DNA of 64,000 nt from Pontiella sp. Lineage in GTDB: Bacteria; Verrucomicrobiota; Kiritimatiellia; Kiritimatiellales; Pontiellaceae. Each line of letters opens with the position of its first letter. Position 1 is the stretch's first letter. Both the position numbers and the translations under genes were made by a program. The stretch lies in NCBI GenBank assembly GCA_050290185.1, contig JBNKHE010000001.1, forward strand, positions 482,713 to 546,712. Direction: 5' to 3'. The notes under the pieces were generated by a model. It worked only from the letters and a program-made list of their open reading frames with translations. It did not search any database and was not told where the DNA came from. Shown in pieces: positions 10,123-20,720 of this stretch.

Positions 10123-10341
10123 TTATTGCTCCTGGTCTAGCACCAGACGCCCCTTGGACATATCGTAGGGCGACATCTCAACTGTAACCTGTGCACCGAC
10201 TTGCGGCAGCTTCCTGCCTGTGTCCTGGCGTCCTATAAACGCTACGAAACGGTGTCCATTACGCAGTTCTGCGTCAAAAGCGTTGTTGTCTAGCACAGAT
10301 ATTAAATGAGCGTCTAGTAAAATTGTCTCTTTTTTCTCCAT
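10123..10341 (-). CDS. infA: Divergent translation initiation factor IF-1-like S1-domain protein
   Basis: Canonical map-infA-rpmJ position, 72 aa, ELRNGH and [14 protein letters not shown] retained; central SGKMR-type motif lost. Confidence 0.75.
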   Translation of the reverse strand: MEKKETILLDAHLISVLDNNAFDAELRNGHRFVAFIGRQDTGRKLPQVGAQVTVEMSPYDMSKGRLVLDQEQ

Positions 10342-11099
10342 TACTCGTCAAAATCGGGAATGGTCAGGATCTCAGCCTGATCTTTTCCAACTGCGATCGT
10401 ATGCTCGAAATGAGCCGATGGCAACCGATCCTTGGTTACCACAGTCCATCCATCGTTCAGGGTCTCGGTCTTATGTACCCCTAAATTGATCATCGGTTCA
10501 ATGGCGAAGGTCATACCGGCCTTTAGAACCGGCCCCCTTCCCGGAGGGCCATAATTCGGAATCTGCGGGTCTTCGTGCATCTCCCGTCCGATACCGTGGC
10601 CGACAAAGTCGCGTACCACCGAAAAACCGGCCCCTTCGGCCACCACCTGGACCGCATTGGAAATATCTGAAAGGCGGTTGCCTTCGACAGCCTTGCCAAT
10701 GGCGGCCATCAAAGATTCCTTGGTCGTATCCAGCAGACGCCTTACGTCTGGATCAACATTGCCTACGGGCACAGTGGTCGCCGTGTCGCCGACAAATCCA
10801 CCGTATATCAACCCAAAGTCGATACTGACGACATCGCCGTCACGAATGACACGCCGTCCGGGAACCCCGTGAACGACCTCTTCATTCACCGAGGAACAGA
10901 TATGGCCCGAAAATCCATGATAGCCATAGAACGCGCAGACCCCCTCTTCCTTGCGGGCCAGCTCTGCGGCATATTCATCCAGCTCGCGCGTCGTCACGCC
11001 CGGTGCAACCTTGGCGGCAACCCGGTGAAGGATCGTAGCCGTCTTCCGGGCACTGATGCGCATGGCGTCCAGTTCTTCTGGCTTTTTAACAATAATCAT
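10341..11099 (-). CDS. map: Methionine aminopeptidase type I
   Basis: SVNEEVVHGVP, GHGIGREMHEDP, AIEPM, SAHFEHT. Confidence 0.97.
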   Translation of the reverse strand: MIIVKKPEELDAMRISARKTATILHRVAAKVAPGVTTRELDEYAAELARKEEGVCAFYGYHGFSGHICSSVNEEVVHGVPGRRVIRDGDVVSIDFGLIYGGFVGDTATTVPVGNVDPDVRRLLDTTKESLMAAIGKAVEGNRLSDISNAVQVVAEGAGFSVVRDFVGHGIGREMHEDPQIPNYGPPGRGPVLKAGMTFAIEPMINLGVHKTETLNDGWTVVTKDRLPSAHFEHTIAVGKDQAEILTIPDFDE

Positions 11100-11108
11100 A
11101 TCGTGCGC

Positions 11109-11753
11109 CTAATCCAGACGTTCCAGAACCTCATGCCGAACCGCTTCAATGCTCTGCGCAGCATTCACGCCCTGGATCAGGTTCTTTCCAGTGTAGTAGT
11201 TGATGACCGGAGCAGTCCGGTCCGTATAGACCTGAAGCCGCTTGCGGATGGTATCCGGAGTATCGTCCGGACGCTGGCTCAAACCGCACCCGTCATTATC
11301 GCACTGTTCATCATGCGAAGGGGGATTGAATGCCATGTGATATACGGATCCGCATTTTGCGCAGGTTCTGCGACCGGAAAGACGCTGGACTATAATATCG
11401 TCCGGACATTCAAGGAGTATGACCGATTCAAGATTCCCGTCTATGCCGTCGACCAGTTCGTCGAGTTTTTCCGCCTGAACCAACGTACGAGGGAAGCCGT
11501 CGAGGAGTATCTTAGCCCCGAAAGGTGCTTTTGAAATTAAATCGCGGATCATTCCAACAACAACATCATCACGGACAAACCGGCCATGATCCATCAGCTC
11601 CTTCGCCTCCAAACCCAACGGGGTTCCCTGTTGGATTTGTTCGCGAAGGAGATTTCCTGTCGAGACATGAAGGAATCCCTTTTCCACCAAAGCTTCGGCA
11701 ACAGTGCCCTTTCCGGCACCAGGGGGCCCCAATAAGATGACCATCTTCATCAT
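11109..11753 (-). CDS. adk: Adenylate kinase with zinc-type LID
   Basis: GPPGAGKGT, LDGFPRT, CxxC...CxxD LID; ATGA overlap with the secY stop. Confidence 0.96.
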   Translation of the reverse strand: MMKMVILLGPPGAGKGTVAEALVEKGFLHVSTGNLLREQIQQGTPLGLEAKELMDHGRFVRDDVVVGMIRDLISKAPFGAKILLDGFPRTLVQAEKLDELVDGIDGNLESVILLECPDDIIVQRLSGRRTCAKCGSVYHMAFNPPSHDEQCDNDGCGLSQRPDDTPDTIRKRLQVYTDRTAPVINYYTGKNLIQGVNAAQSIEAVRHEVLERLD

Positions 11754-13096
11754 AGTCTTCCGCGCATCTTGCCTTTTTTCAGGAAGCCATCGTAGTGACG
11801 CATCAACAAATGCGACTCGATCTGGCGCATGGTATCAAGCATGACTCCGACGATGATCAACAGGCTGGTTCCGCCAAAGAATGATGAGACGATAAACGGG
11901 ATGTTGAATTGTCCGGTCATGATGGTCGGCATGACCGCAATGGCCGTAAGGAAAAGCGCGCCGGCCAAAGTCAACCGGGTCATCGCCCGATCAAGGAATT
12001 CGGCGGTAGGACGACCAGGACGAATCCCGGCGATATAGCCTCCGCGGCGCTTCAGGTCATCCGCGATCTGGATCGGATTGAACTGGGTTGCCACCCAAAA
12101 ATAGGAGAAGAACAGGATCATCAAACCAAACCAGAACATATACCAGCCAGATCCGGTAAAGTGCCCTCCCCACTGCTTAGCCCACTCATAAGGCAGGTAG
12201 GCGGCAATGGTAGGGAAAATCTGCAGGATCGCAGATGCAAAGATGATCGGCATAACGCCGGAATAGTTCACACGCAACGGAAGGTGCGAGGTTCCGCCTG
12301 GCTTCATCGAACGGCCCACCATGCGCTTGGCAAACTGTACCGGCACCTTCTGCTGTGCCTGGGTCATGGCAACCACACCAAGAGTTACGCCGAAAATAAG
12401 CGCAACCATGAGCGCCACATGGAAAGGTCCGATTTCCGCAATACCGTCGACGGGGCTCAGTTTGTCAATCAGCACCTTGATGGCAGCTGGAAGACGGCTG
12501 ACAATGTTGACCGTAATGATCAGCGAGATGCCATTGCCGATCCCCCGATCGGTGATCTGTTCACCAATCCACATCAGAAGCAGCGATCCTGTTACCAGCG
12601 CAAGCACCGACAACATCACAAAGCCAAGACCCGGAATGCGCACCACGGAAGCCGGAAGGCCGCTGTTGAGGTAGTTTCCGGCCTGGATCGACAAGGCAAT
12701 GGCTGCACCCTGAAAGGCACAGATGACCACCGTCAGATAACGCGTATACTGGGTAATCTTCTGTCGACCAACATCGCCTTCTCGCGCCAGCTTCTCCAAA
12801 TGCGGAATCACGGCGGTCATCAGCTGGATAATGATCGAAGCGCTGATGTAGGGCATGATCCCAAGCGTACCGATGGTGCACTGAAGCAGCGCCCCCCCGC
12901 TGAAGAGGTTGACCATTCCAAGGAATCCCCCCTGCGATCCTGCATGATTCGCGAAAAAGTCGCGGATCTGTACGGCGTCGACGCCCGGAAGCGGAACGGC
13001 GGCAATCAATCGGCAGATGAAGATGAGACCAAAGGTGAATAGAATCCTTTGGCGGAGCTCGGCAATTTTGAAGGTGTTGGCAAACGCGGAAAACAT
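11750..13096 (-). CDS. secY: Preprotein translocase SecY
   Basis: LGIMPYISASII, GIGNGISLII, GVMPIIFAS, GIRPG, FGGTSLLI. Confidence 0.98.
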   Translation of the reverse strand: MFSAFANTFKIAELRQRILFTFGLIFICRLIAAVPLPGVDAVQIRDFFANHAGSQGGFLGMVNLFSGGALLQCTIGTLGIMPYISASIIIQLMTAVIPHLEKLAREGDVGRQKITQYTRYLTVVICAFQGAAIALSIQAGNYLNSGLPASVVRIPGLGFVMLSVLALVTGSLLLMWIGEQITDRGIGNGISLIITVNIVSRLPAAIKVLIDKLSPVDGIAEIGPFHVALMVALIFGVTLGVVAMTQAQQKVPVQFAKRMVGRSMKPGGTSHLPLRVNYSGVMPIIFASAILQIFPTIAAYLPYEWAKQWGGHFTGSGWYMFWFGLMILFFSYFWVATQFNPIQIADDLKRRGGYIAGIRPGRPTAEFLDRAMTRLTLAGALFLTAIAVMPTIMTGQFNIPFIVSSFFGGTSLLIIVGVMLDTMRQIESHLLMRHYDGFLKKGKMRGRL

Positions 13097-13117
13097 GGCA
13101 ATGTGGCCTTTCGTGGG

Positions 13118-13558
13118 TTAGACGATTTCGCAGGTACCGCCGGCGGCTTCGATCTTTTCCTTGGCCGAGGCAGAGAACGCATTGACCTTAACGGTCAGCT
13201 TCTTTTCCACATTACCATTTCCCAAAATCTTGACCGCGTCGAAACGGCCATTGGCCAGTCCCTTCTCCTGAAGGAGAGCGACCGTTACTTCGCTGCCTTC
13301 TTCGAATACGTTGAGCGCATCCAGGTTAACGCCGATGATTTCCTTGCGAGTGAAATTCTTGAAGCCACGTTTCGGCAGCTTGCGGACGAAGGGCATCTGC
13401 CCCCCTTCGAACAACGGCTTATGGCTGGCGCCCGCACGCGAGAACTGACCCTTGTGACCGCGTCCAGCGGTTTTACCTTTGCCCGAAGCACGGCCGCGAC
13501 CCACACGGATCTTGCGGTGTTTGGAACCTTCTGCCGGTTGCAGTGAATGTAAATCCAT
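13118..13558 (-). CDS. rplO: 50S ribosomal protein L15
   Basis: [28 protein letters not shown]. Confidence 0.98.
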   Translation of the reverse strand: MDLHSLQPAEGSKHRKIRVGRGRASGKGKTAGRGHKGQFSRAGASHKPLFEGGQMPFVRKLPKRGFKNFTRKEIIGVNLDALNVFEEGSEVTVALLQEKGLANGRFDAVKILGNGNVEKKLTVKVNAFSASAKEKIEAAGGTCEIV

Positions 13559-13579
13559 GACTAAATCCCTCTTGCTATA

Positions 13580-14131
13580 CTAGCCCTTGCGGATGGCAAG
13601 TGCTTCTTCCTTGGAGCGAAGCTGCCCCAAGGCTTTCAAAGTTGCTTTGGTTACATTGAGGTGGTTGTTGCTGCCCAGCGACTTGGCGAGGACATCACGA
13701 ACCCCTGCAAGCTCGAGCACGGCACGGCACGGACCACCAGCGATAATGCCGGTACCTTCCGAAGCCGGACGGATCAAGACCTGCGCCCCACTGAACTTGC
13801 CAATGGCATCATGTGGAAGCGTCGTGCCGCGCATGGTCACCGTTTGCAGGTTGCGCTTGGCGGATTCACCGGCCTTGCGGATGGCCTCGGCAACTTCAGC
13901 TGCCTTGCCGAGCCCGTAGCCTACGCGACCCTTGCGATCACCGACAACCACCAGTGCACCAAAGCTGAAACGACGTCCACCCTTGACCACTTTAGAGTTG
14001 CGGCTGATGTGAACCACGCGTTCTTCAAACTCCGGCTTTTCCCGGACTTCATTCCTATCGTCACGACGGCCCTTGCGGCCACGGCCGCCACCATCACGGC
14101 GTCCTCTGCGTTCTGTACGTTCTTCTGCCAT
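13580..14131 (-). CDS. rpsE: 30S ribosomal protein S5
   Basis: [23 protein letters not shown]. Confidence 0.98.
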   Translation of the reverse strand: MAEERTERRGRRDGGGRGRKGRRDDRNEVREKPEFEERVVHISRNSKVVKGGRRFSFGALVVVGDRKGRVGYGLGKAAEVAEAIRKAGESAKRNLQTVTMRGTTLPHDAIGKFSGAQVLIRPASEGTGIIAGGPCRAVLELAGVRDVLAKSLGSNNHLNVTKATLKALGQLRSKEEALAIRKG

Positions 14132-14153
14132 TTAGGAAACTCCTTGGATATGC

Positions 14154-14489
14154 CTAGAATTTAAGTCCCGCTTCACGGGCGCTGTCAGCGAGTGTTTTGA
14201 GGTTGTTGCCGAAAGCAAAACCGCCGCGGTCGAATACAACCGTTTCGATCCCCTTGCCCTTGGCCACTTCCGCAGCTTTCGCCCCGAGGGCCTTTGCGGC
14301 TTCGGCGTTCTTGCCGGCGACGGCCGCACCAACAATGGTCAGGCGGGCATCGTCATCAATAAACTGGACTTCCAAACGCTTGTTGGAGCGGAAGACCGCC
14401 ATGCGCGGACGCTCAGCGGTTCCCTGCACCTTGTTGCGCACCCGGAAGTGGCGACGAATTCTCAGATCTCTTTTGCTCTTAGTACTCAT
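14154..14489 (-). CDS. rplR: 50S ribosomal protein L18
   Basis: GTAERPRMAVFRSNK, VVFDRGG, AREAGLKF. Confidence 0.96.
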   Translation of the reverse strand: MSTKSKRDLRIRRHFRVRNKVQGTAERPRMAVFRSNKRLEVQFIDDDARLTIVGAAVAGKNAEAAKALGAKAAEVAKGKGIETVVFDRGGFAFGNNLKTLADSAREAGLKF

Positions 14490-14491
14490 GA

Positions 14492-15028
14492 TTATGCAAC
14501 CGCCTTACCTTCCTTGCGGCGAATCTGCTCACCCACGTAGCGAACGCCCTTGCCCTTGTACGGTTCAGCCGGCGAGTAGTCGCGGATACGGGCCGCAACC
14601 TGTCCGACCAACTGCTTGTCAATGCCTTCGACAGAAACAGTGGTACCGTTCTGTACATCGACCTTGATTCCAGCAGGAATCGAATAGTTGATGTCATGCG
14701 AATACCCCAGCGAAAGTACGATAGACTCCCCCTGCATCTGGGCCTTGTAGCCGACACCTTCGATTGCGAGTTCCTTCTTATAGCCCTGGCTGACACCAAA
14801 GATCATGTTGTTGATCAGGCTCCGGACCGTACCAAACATCGCCTTGCCGTGCTTGGATTCATCCACGCGGGAAACGACGACGCTGTTATCTTCAACGGCA
14901 ATCGCGATGCACGCCGGAGCGGTATAGGCGCATTCGCCCTTGGCTCCCTTGACGGTCACGGTTTGCCCACTTACCTCGACGGTCACGCCGTCGGGAATCA
15001 AAACTGGTTGTTTACCTATTCTTGACAT
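14492..15028 (-). CDS. rplF: 50S ribosomal protein L6
   Basis: MSRIGKQP, GVGYKA, EPYKGKGVRY. Confidence 0.98.
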   Translation of the reverse strand: MSRIGKQPVLIPDGVTVEVSGQTVTVKGAKGECAYTAPACIAIAVEDNSVVVSRVDESKHGKAMFGTVRSLINNMIFGVSQGYKKELAIEGVGYKAQMQGESIVLSLGYSHDINYSIPAGIKVDVQNGTTVSVEGIDKQLVGQVAARIRDYSPAEPYKGKGVRYVGEQIRRKEGKAVA

Positions 15029-15045
15029 AACTAAACTCCGCTTTC

Positions 15046-15444
15046 TTACCAGATGTAGCAGAGGACTTCGCCCCCGATTTTCTTCTGTCTGGCATCGTTG
15101 TCTGTCATTACACCTGACGACGTGCTCAGGATACCCATGCCGATACCGCCCAAAACGCGCGGAACCTCTTCGGCATTGACATACTTGCGGCAGCTGGGCT
15201 TGCTGATGCGGCGAAGCCCCTGGATGACCGGCTCGCGGTCAATCGTGTATTTCAGGAAAATGTTCAGGACGCTCTTGCCGCCGTCGTTTTCCACCGTGTA
15301 ATCCTTGATAAACCCTTCGGCCTTGAGGATACGTGCGATTTCGCTCTTCATCTTCGAATGCGGCATCTGCACAATTTTCTTCTCAGCCATGTTCGCGTTG
15401 CGAATGCGGGTCAACATATCAGCAATTGGATCTGTAAGTACCAT
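15046..15444 (-). CDS. rpsH: 30S ribosomal protein S8
   Basis: DPIADMLTRIRNA, ILSTSSGVMTD, GGEVLCYIW. Confidence 0.98.
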   Translation of the reverse strand: MVLTDPIADMLTRIRNANMAEKKIVQMPHSKMKSEIARILKAEGFIKDYTVENDGGKSVLNIFLKYTIDREPVIQGLRRISKPSCRKYVNAEEVPRVLGGIGMGILSTSSGVMTDNDARQKKIGGEVLCYIW

Positions 15445-15462
15445 TTCTTAAACCCTTCTTCC

Positions 15463-16008
15463 TTAGTTGCCCGTTGAAAACGGCATTCCCATCAGCGTCA
15501 GAAGCTCTTTGGCTTCCGTATCGGTCTTGGCCGACGTAACAAACGTGATGTCCATACCGTGCGTCTTCTTGACCTTGTCCGGATCGATTTCCGGGAACAC
15601 AGTCTGTTCCTGCAGGCCCATCGAATAGTTGCCCTGTCCATCGAACGAATTGCCCGGGATGCCGCGGAAGTCGCGGATACGCGGCAGCGTAACGTTGACG
15701 AGGCGGTCCATGAATTCATACATCCGATTGCCGCGCAGAGTAACCCGTGCGCCGATCGGCATACCTTCACGCAACTTAAAGTTCGATACGCTCTTCTTGG
15801 CCTTCGTAATAACAGCCTTCTGACCGGTAATTTTGCCGAGGTCATCGGCAAGCGCGGTCAGAGTATCGCGGTCATTCGACAGCGATACACAAAGATTGAG
15901 CACAATCTTCTTCATTGCGGGAACCTGCATTTTGCTCGAGTAGCCCTGGCTTTCCATCAGCTTGGGAGCTACCGCGTCTTGATATTTTGTTTTCAGTGTT
16001 GGGGCCAT
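15463..16008 (-). CDS. rplE: 50S ribosomal protein L5
   Basis: FKLREGMPIGARVTLR, LPRIRDFRG, FDGQGNY. Confidence 0.98.
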   Translation of the reverse strand: MAPTLKTKYQDAVAPKLMESQGYSSKMQVPAMKKIVLNLCVSLSNDRDTLTALADDLGKITGQKAVITKAKKSVSNFKLREGMPIGARVTLRGNRMYEFMDRLVNVTLPRIRDFRGIPGNSFDGQGNYSMGLQEQTVFPEIDPDKVKKTHGMDITFVTSAKTDTEAKELLTLMGMPFSTGN

Positions 16009-16051
16009 TGCACCCTTCCTCCAAAATTACGGTTCCATTCCTTGGAACGGT

Positions 16052-16279
16052 TTAGTTAGACACCTTCAAGTTTGAGATCGCGATAGGAGCTTCCTTCTCG
16101 ATGATCCCGCCCTGCGGGTTGTCTTGCGTCTTCTGCATGTGTTTCTTAACGATATTGACACCTTCAACAAATGCGCGTCCGGTCTGGGGGACAACCTCCA
16201 GAACCTTGCCGGTCTTGCCCTTGTCGTCGCCAGCGATAACCTTCACGGTGTCGCCTTTTTTGATGTGACATTTAATCAT
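16052..16279 (-). CDS. rplX: 50S ribosomal protein L24 (short form)
   Basis: KOW motif [31 protein letters not shown]. Confidence 0.95.
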   Translation of the reverse strand: MIKCHIKKGDTVKVIAGDDKGKTGKVLEVVPQTGRAFVEGVNIVKKHMQKTQDNPQGGIIEKEAPIAISNLKVSN

Positions 16280-16296
16280 GATAAATCTCCTCTGCG

Positions 16297-16662
16297 CTAC
16301 AGGACTTCGGGCGCCAGCGAAACAACCTTCATGAAGTCATTGTCGCGGAGCTCACGGGCAACCGGTCCGAAGATGCGGGTGCCGCGCGGGTTCTTGTTGT
16401 CGTCAATAATTACGGCAGCATTGCTGTCGAACCGAAGGCAGGAGCCGTCGGCACGACGGATGGTGCTTTTGGTGCGAACCACAACCGCTTTACACAGGTC
16501 GCCCTTCTTCACCACACCATTCGGCTGTGCTTCCTTAACGGTAACGCGGATAATGTCGCCAACACGGGCGACCGAGCTCTTGGTGCCGAGTACGCGGATG
16601 CACATCACACTGCGTGCACCCGAGTTGTCCGCTACTTTCAAACGTGTTTGTTCCTGAATCAT
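16297..16662 (-). CDS. rplN: 50S ribosomal protein L14
   Basis: [26 protein letters not shown]. Confidence 0.98.
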   Translation of the reverse strand: MIQEQTRLKVADNSGARSVMCIRVLGTKSSVARVGDIIRVTVKEAQPNGVVKKGDLCKAVVVRTKSTIRRADGSCLRFDSNAAVIIDDNKNPRGTRIFGPVARELRDNDFMKVVSLAPEVL

Positions 16663-16674
16663 CGCTATCTACCC

Positions 16675-16941
16675 CTATTTGGCCGATTCCGCAACGACAT
16701 CCACCAGACGCCAGCGTTTCATGCGGCTGATCGGGCGGGTTTCCATCACGCGGACAACGTCGCCAACCTTGGCGCGGTTTTCTTCGTCGTGGGCGTGAAC
16801 CTTCTTTGAGACGCGGATTTCCTTGCCGTACAGCGGATGGCGGATACGACGCTCGATCAGTACAACGATCGTCTTATCGCCGCTTACGCTGGAGACACGG
16901 CCTTCGCGGGTCTTTCTGAGATGTCTTTTTGTCTCTTCCAT
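16675..16941 (-). CDS. rpsQ: 30S ribosomal protein S17
   Basis: [23 protein letters not shown]. Confidence 0.97.
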   Translation of the reverse strand: MEETKRHLRKTREGRVSSVSGDKTIVVLIERRIRHPLYGKEIRVSKKVHAHDEENRAKVGDVVRVMETRPISRMKRWRLVDVVAESAK

Positions 16942-16946
16942 GACCT

Positions 16947-17141
16947 CTACCCTTCAACTTTCTTTGCATTTTGGATGGTCTTGATGCGGGCAACCGTACG
17001 GCGCAATTCCTTGATGCGCGCCGGGTTTTCCAGCTGACCTGAAACCTGCTGGAGCTTCAGATTGAACCGCTCCTTCTTGATTTCATCCAGCTGCTGGTCC
17101 AGCTCCTCCACCGTCATTTCTTTTAATTCCTTAACCTTCAT
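16947..17141 (-). CDS. rpmC: 50S ribosomal protein L29
   Basis: Position after rpl[22 protein letters not shown]. Confidence 0.96.
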   Translation of the reverse strand: MKVKELKEMTVEELDQQLDEIKKERFNLKLQQVSGQLENPARIKELRRTVARIKTIQNAKKVEG

Positions 17142-17156
17142 GGCCCATCCCTATCT

Positions 17157-17576
17157 TTAATCGTGAGCATGCCGCTGTACGAACCGGGCGCGGATCGGCA
17201 GCTTGGTAGCTGCAAGGCGGAGACATTCCTTCGCCAGCGATTCCGGAATCCCGTCCATTTCAAAAAGCATGGTTCCAGGTTTTACCACGGCGACCCAGGT
17301 GTCGACACCGCCTTTACCCTTACCCATACGAACTTCCAACGGCTTCTTCGTAATCGGTTTGTCGGGGAATATGCGAATCCACAGCTTCCCTTTACGTTTC
17401 ATGGCACGGTTTGCGGCAATACGGCACGCTTCGATCTGGATATTGGTAATCCATCCGCGTTCCAAGGCCTGAAGACCGTACTCCCCATAGGCCAGCTGGT
17501 TGCCGGATTGCGCGAGACCGCGACGGGAACCACGCTGGACCTTCCTGTGTTTAACTCTCTTTGGCATCAAAGGCAT
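17157..17576 (-). CDS. rplP: 50S ribosomal protein L16
   Basis: [24 protein letters not shown]. Confidence 0.98.
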   Translation of the reverse strand: MPLMPKRVKHRKVQRGSRRGLAQSGNQLAYGEYGLQALERGWITNIQIEACRIAANRAMKRKGKLWIRIFPDKPITKKPLEVRMGKGKGGVDTWVAVVKPGTMLFEMDGIPESLAKECLRLAATKLPIRARFVQRHAHD

Positions 17577-17587
17577 GGTTCAAACTC

Positions 17588-18232
17588 CTAGGCTTTCTTT
17601 TCCGCTTTCTTTTCCGCTTCCTTGCAGATCCACACCTTGATGCCGATGATACCGGCAACGGTGTTGGCTTCCGCCGTACCGTAATCGATATTGGCGCGCA
17701 GGGTGTGCAGCGGGATCTTGCCTTCCTTATAGCTTTCCGAACGCGCAATTTCAGCACCGTTCAAGCGACCGGCCGCGAGAATCTTGATGCCAAGGGCACC
17801 ATTATCCATCGCCATCTGAATCGCACGCTTCATGGCGCGGCGGTGAGACACACGGCGTTCGAGCTGCATGGCCACGTTAGCGGCAACCAAGGTGGCGTCG
17901 GTATCGGGCGATTTCACTTCGGCAATCTCGATGTAGACTTCCTTCTTGGTCATCTTGGCGAGCAATTCACGAAGCTTATCGATATCTTCGCCCTTGCGGC
18001 CAATGACCAGTCCCGGACGTGCACTCTTGATGGTCACGCGGATACGGTTTGCATAACGCTCAATGTAGATATCCGACACAGCCGCGTCCTTGAGGCGTTC
18101 GGCAACCAGTTTACGGATGTCGGTGTCTTCCTTGAGCATGGTGCCGAAGTCACGCTTTTCCGCGTACCAGCGCGAACGCCAGTCCTTGGTCAATGCGAGT
18201 CTTAGCCCAATAGGATTTACTTTCTGACCCAA
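17588..18232 (-). CDS. rpsC: 30S ribosomal protein S3
   Basis: GQKVNPIGLRL (TTG start), RPGLVIGRKG, GRLNGAEIARSE, PLHTLRA. Confidence 0.98.
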   Translation of the reverse strand: MGQKVNPIGLRLALTKDWRSRWYAEKRDFGTMLKEDTDIRKLVAERLKDAAVSDIYIERYANRIRVTIKSARPGLVIGRKGEDIDKLRELLAKMTKKEVYIEIAEVKSPDTDATLVAANVAMQLERRVSHRRAMKRAIQMAMDNGALGIKILAAGRLNGAEIARSESYKEGKIPLHTLRANIDYGTAEANTVAGIIGIKVWICKEAEKKAEKKA

Positions 18233-18251
18233 AATGGTCTCCTTTCGTCAA

Positions 18252-18587
18252 CTACGCGTTGTCGGTTAATATAATGGTTACGTGGCTGGTCTTCTTCTGA
18301 ATCGGACTGGCCATGCCACGGGCACGCGGACGGAATCTCTTCATCATCGGTCCGCCATCCACAATGGCGTTCTTTACAAACAGGCTCTCCACAGACAAAC
18401 CCTCGTTGTTTTCGGCATTTGCAATCGCCGACTTCAGGGTTTTGCCAATCTGGACAGCAGCCTTGCGGGCGTTGAACTCGGTAATGCGCAATGCATCCGC
18501 AACCGGCAAACCTTTGATCTCGTTTGCCAGGTCACGCGCCTTGGTAGGCGACATTCTCACATATTTAGTTGTTGCTGACACTTCCAT
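18252..18587 (-). CDS. rplV: 50S ribosomal protein L22
   Basis: SAIANAENN, KRFRPRARG. Confidence 0.98.
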   Translation of the reverse strand: MEVSATTKYVRMSPTKARDLANEIKGLPVADALRITEFNARKAAVQIGKTLKSAIANAENNEGLSVESLFVKNAIVDGGPMMKRFRPRARGMASPIQKKTSHVTIILTDNA

Positions 18588-18674
18588 GGTGTTTTCACTC
18601 TCATTTTGTCCACGGTGTAAAGGGCGGACAGTTTATGTAATTGTTTTTTGAAATCCAGCGATTTCAGCAAAAAA

Positions 18675-18944
18675 CTACTTCTCCGTAGCCATACCGTGGG
18701 TTCTGAAGGCGCGGGTAGGCGAAAATTCGCCCAGTTTGTGCCCGACCATGTTTTCCGTAACAAACACCGGAACGAAAACTTTGCCGTTGTGAACATTGAA
18801 CGTGTGTCCCACGAACTCCGGAACAATCATCGATCCGCGCGCCCAGGTTTTGATCGGAGCCTTGCGTCCCGAATCTTCCAGCTTGCGAACCTTCTTGACC
18901 AGTTTCAAATCTACGTATGGGCCTTTTTTCAGTGAACGTGCCAT
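18675..18944 (-). CDS. rpsS: 30S ribosomal protein S19
   Basis: [20 protein letters not shown]. Confidence 0.98.
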   Translation of the reverse strand: MARSLKKGPYVDLKLVKKVRKLEDSGRKAPIKTWARGSMIVPEFVGHTFNVHNGKVFVPVFVTENMVGHKLGEFSPTRAFRTHGMATEK

Positions 18945-18946
18945 AA

Positions 18947-19774
18947 CTATTTCTTCCTCCGTTCAACAATATACTTGTTGCTCTGCTTGGCCTTGTTGCG
19001 CGTACGCTTACCCTTGGCAAGCAAGCCCCAGGGCGACTTCGGATGGCCACCACCGGAGGTGCGGCCTTCACCACCACCCATCGGATGGTCAACCGGGTTC
19101 ATGGCAACACCGCGTACGGTCGGACGAATGCCCAACCAGCGCTTACGGCCGGCCTTGCCCATTACGATGCTGTCGTGCTCAACGTTTCCAACGCGGCCGA
19201 TCGTGGCCAGGCAGTTGGTGCGGACGAGCCGGATTTCGCCGGACGGCATCTTGATGTGTGCGAATTCCGATTCACGGGACATCAGCTGCGCCGAAGTACC
19301 GGCGGAACGGACCAGCTGGCCGCCCTTTCCGGCAACGAGCTCAATGTTGTGCACAGACATCCCCACCGGAATCTTGCTCAGCGGCAGAGCGTTACCCACT
19401 GCAGGCTCGGCATCCGGACCGGACATCAGGGTGGTGCCTACCTTCAAACCGGCGGGAGCGATAATGTAACGCTTTTCACCATCGGCATAGTTCAGCAGGG
19501 CAATACGTGCGGAGCGGTTCGGATCGTACTCAACCGAGGCAACCTTGGCAGGGATGCCAAACTTGTCGCGCTTGAAATCGATCAGGCGGTAGCGGCGCTT
19601 GTGCCCGCCCCCGCGATGGCGCACGGAAATACGTCCCGCGCTGTTGCGGCCGGCATTACTCTTCTTCGCCTTCACCAGCGAACGCTCGGGCGTCGACTTG
19701 GTGATATCGGCGAAATCGGACAACACCATGTGCCGGCGACTTGGTGTGTACGGTTTGTGTGCTTTTAAACCCAT
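18947..19774 (-). CDS. rplB: 50S ribosomal protein L2
   Basis: [37 protein letters not shown]. Confidence 0.99.
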   Translation of the reverse strand: MGLKAHKPYTPSRRHMVLSDFADITKSTPERSLVKAKKSNAGRNSAGRISVRHRGGGHKRRYRLIDFKRDKFGIPAKVASVEYDPNRSARIALLNYADGEKRYIIAPAGLKVGTTLMSGPDAEPAVGNALPLSKIPVGMSVHNIELVAGKGGQLVRSAGTSAQLMSRESEFAHIKMPSGEIRLVRTNCLATIGRVGNVEHDSIVMGKAGRKRWLGIRPTVRGVAMNPVDHPMGGGEGRTSGGGHPKSPWGLLAKGKRTRNKAKQSNKYIVERRKK

Positions 19775-19786
19775 TGCAACAAACTC

Positions 19787-20071
19787 CTAGATCAGGTTAA
19801 TGCTGTCTTCAGCATGCAATGTAACCACGGCACGCTTCCATGCGGCGGTCGTTCCGAATTGAGCCGTGCGTTGACGCTTCTTCTTGCCTTTTCGGCTCAT
19901 CGTATTGACGGCCATAACACGGACATTGAAGAGCTCTTCCACAGCTCGCTTGATTTCTACCTTGTTGGCATCCCGGGAAACGCGGAACACATACTTGTTC
20001 TGCTCCTCGGTGAGGCGCGTTCCCTTTTCGGTCAACAAAACTTCTTTAATGACATCGGCTGAATTTCTCAT
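19787..20071 (-). CDS. rplW: 50S ribosomal protein L23
   Basis: TEK, ANKVEIKRAVE, WKRAVVTL; operon position. Confidence 0.96.
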   Translation of the reverse strand: MRNSADVIKEVLLTEKGTRLTEEQNKYVFRVSRDANKVEIKRAVEELFNVRVMAVNTMSRKGKKKRQRTAQFGTTAAWKRAVVTLHAEDSINLI

Positions 20072-20084
20072 CTCGTAGACTCCT

Positions 20085-20708
20085 TTATCCGATGCGCTGT
20101 TCCAGCGCTTCCATGCCTGCCTTGGTCACGATGACGTTCTTGTAGCGCAGGATCTGATACGTGTTGACCAGCTTGGCAGTGGCCACTTCAACACGCGAAA
20201 TATTGCGGGCGGCCAGCAGCAGGTTATCGGAGGTTTCATCCACAATGAACAGCGCGCCGCGGTCGAGACCGAGGTTCTTCATCACGGAGAAAAATTCCTT
20301 GGTCTTCGGAGCGGACAGGGTCAGCTCGTCGATCACGGTAATATCGCCCTGGTCGATCTTGGCGCTCAGCGCACGACGGAAAGCCAGTTTGGCAGCCTTC
20401 TTCGTGAGCGACTTGCTGTAATCACGCGGACGCGGACCGTGCGCAGCATGACCACCGCGCCATACATTGGACTGCTTGTAACCGGCACGTGCACGGCCCA
20501 GGCCCTTCTGCTTCCACGGCTTCTTGCCGCTGCCATTAACTTCCGCCTTGTTCAGGGTGCTGGCGGTACCGGCACGCTGGTTGGCCTGGTAGGCAACAAT
20601 CGCTTCGTGAACCGTCGCTTCGCCCTTGTCGAGGACGAGGAGATTATCCGCAACTTCATAGTCGCCGACGCTCTCTCCTTTTACATTTTTCAAAGGTATT
20701 TTGCTCAT
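20085..20708 (-). CDS. rplD: 50S ribosomal protein L4
   Basis: KKPWKQKGLGRARAG, HGPRPRDY. Confidence 0.97.
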   Translation of the reverse strand: MSKIPLKNVKGESVGDYEVADNLLVLDKGEATVHEAIVAYQANQRAGTASTLNKAEVNGSGKKPWKQKGLGRARAGYKQSNVWRGGHAAHGPRPRDYSKSLTKKAAKLAFRRALSAKIDQGDITVIDELTLSAPKTKEFFSVMKNLGLDRGALFIVDETSDNLLLAARNISRVEVATAKLVNTYQILRYKNVIVTKAGMEALEQRIG

Positions 20709-20720
20709 GATCTTCCTCGC

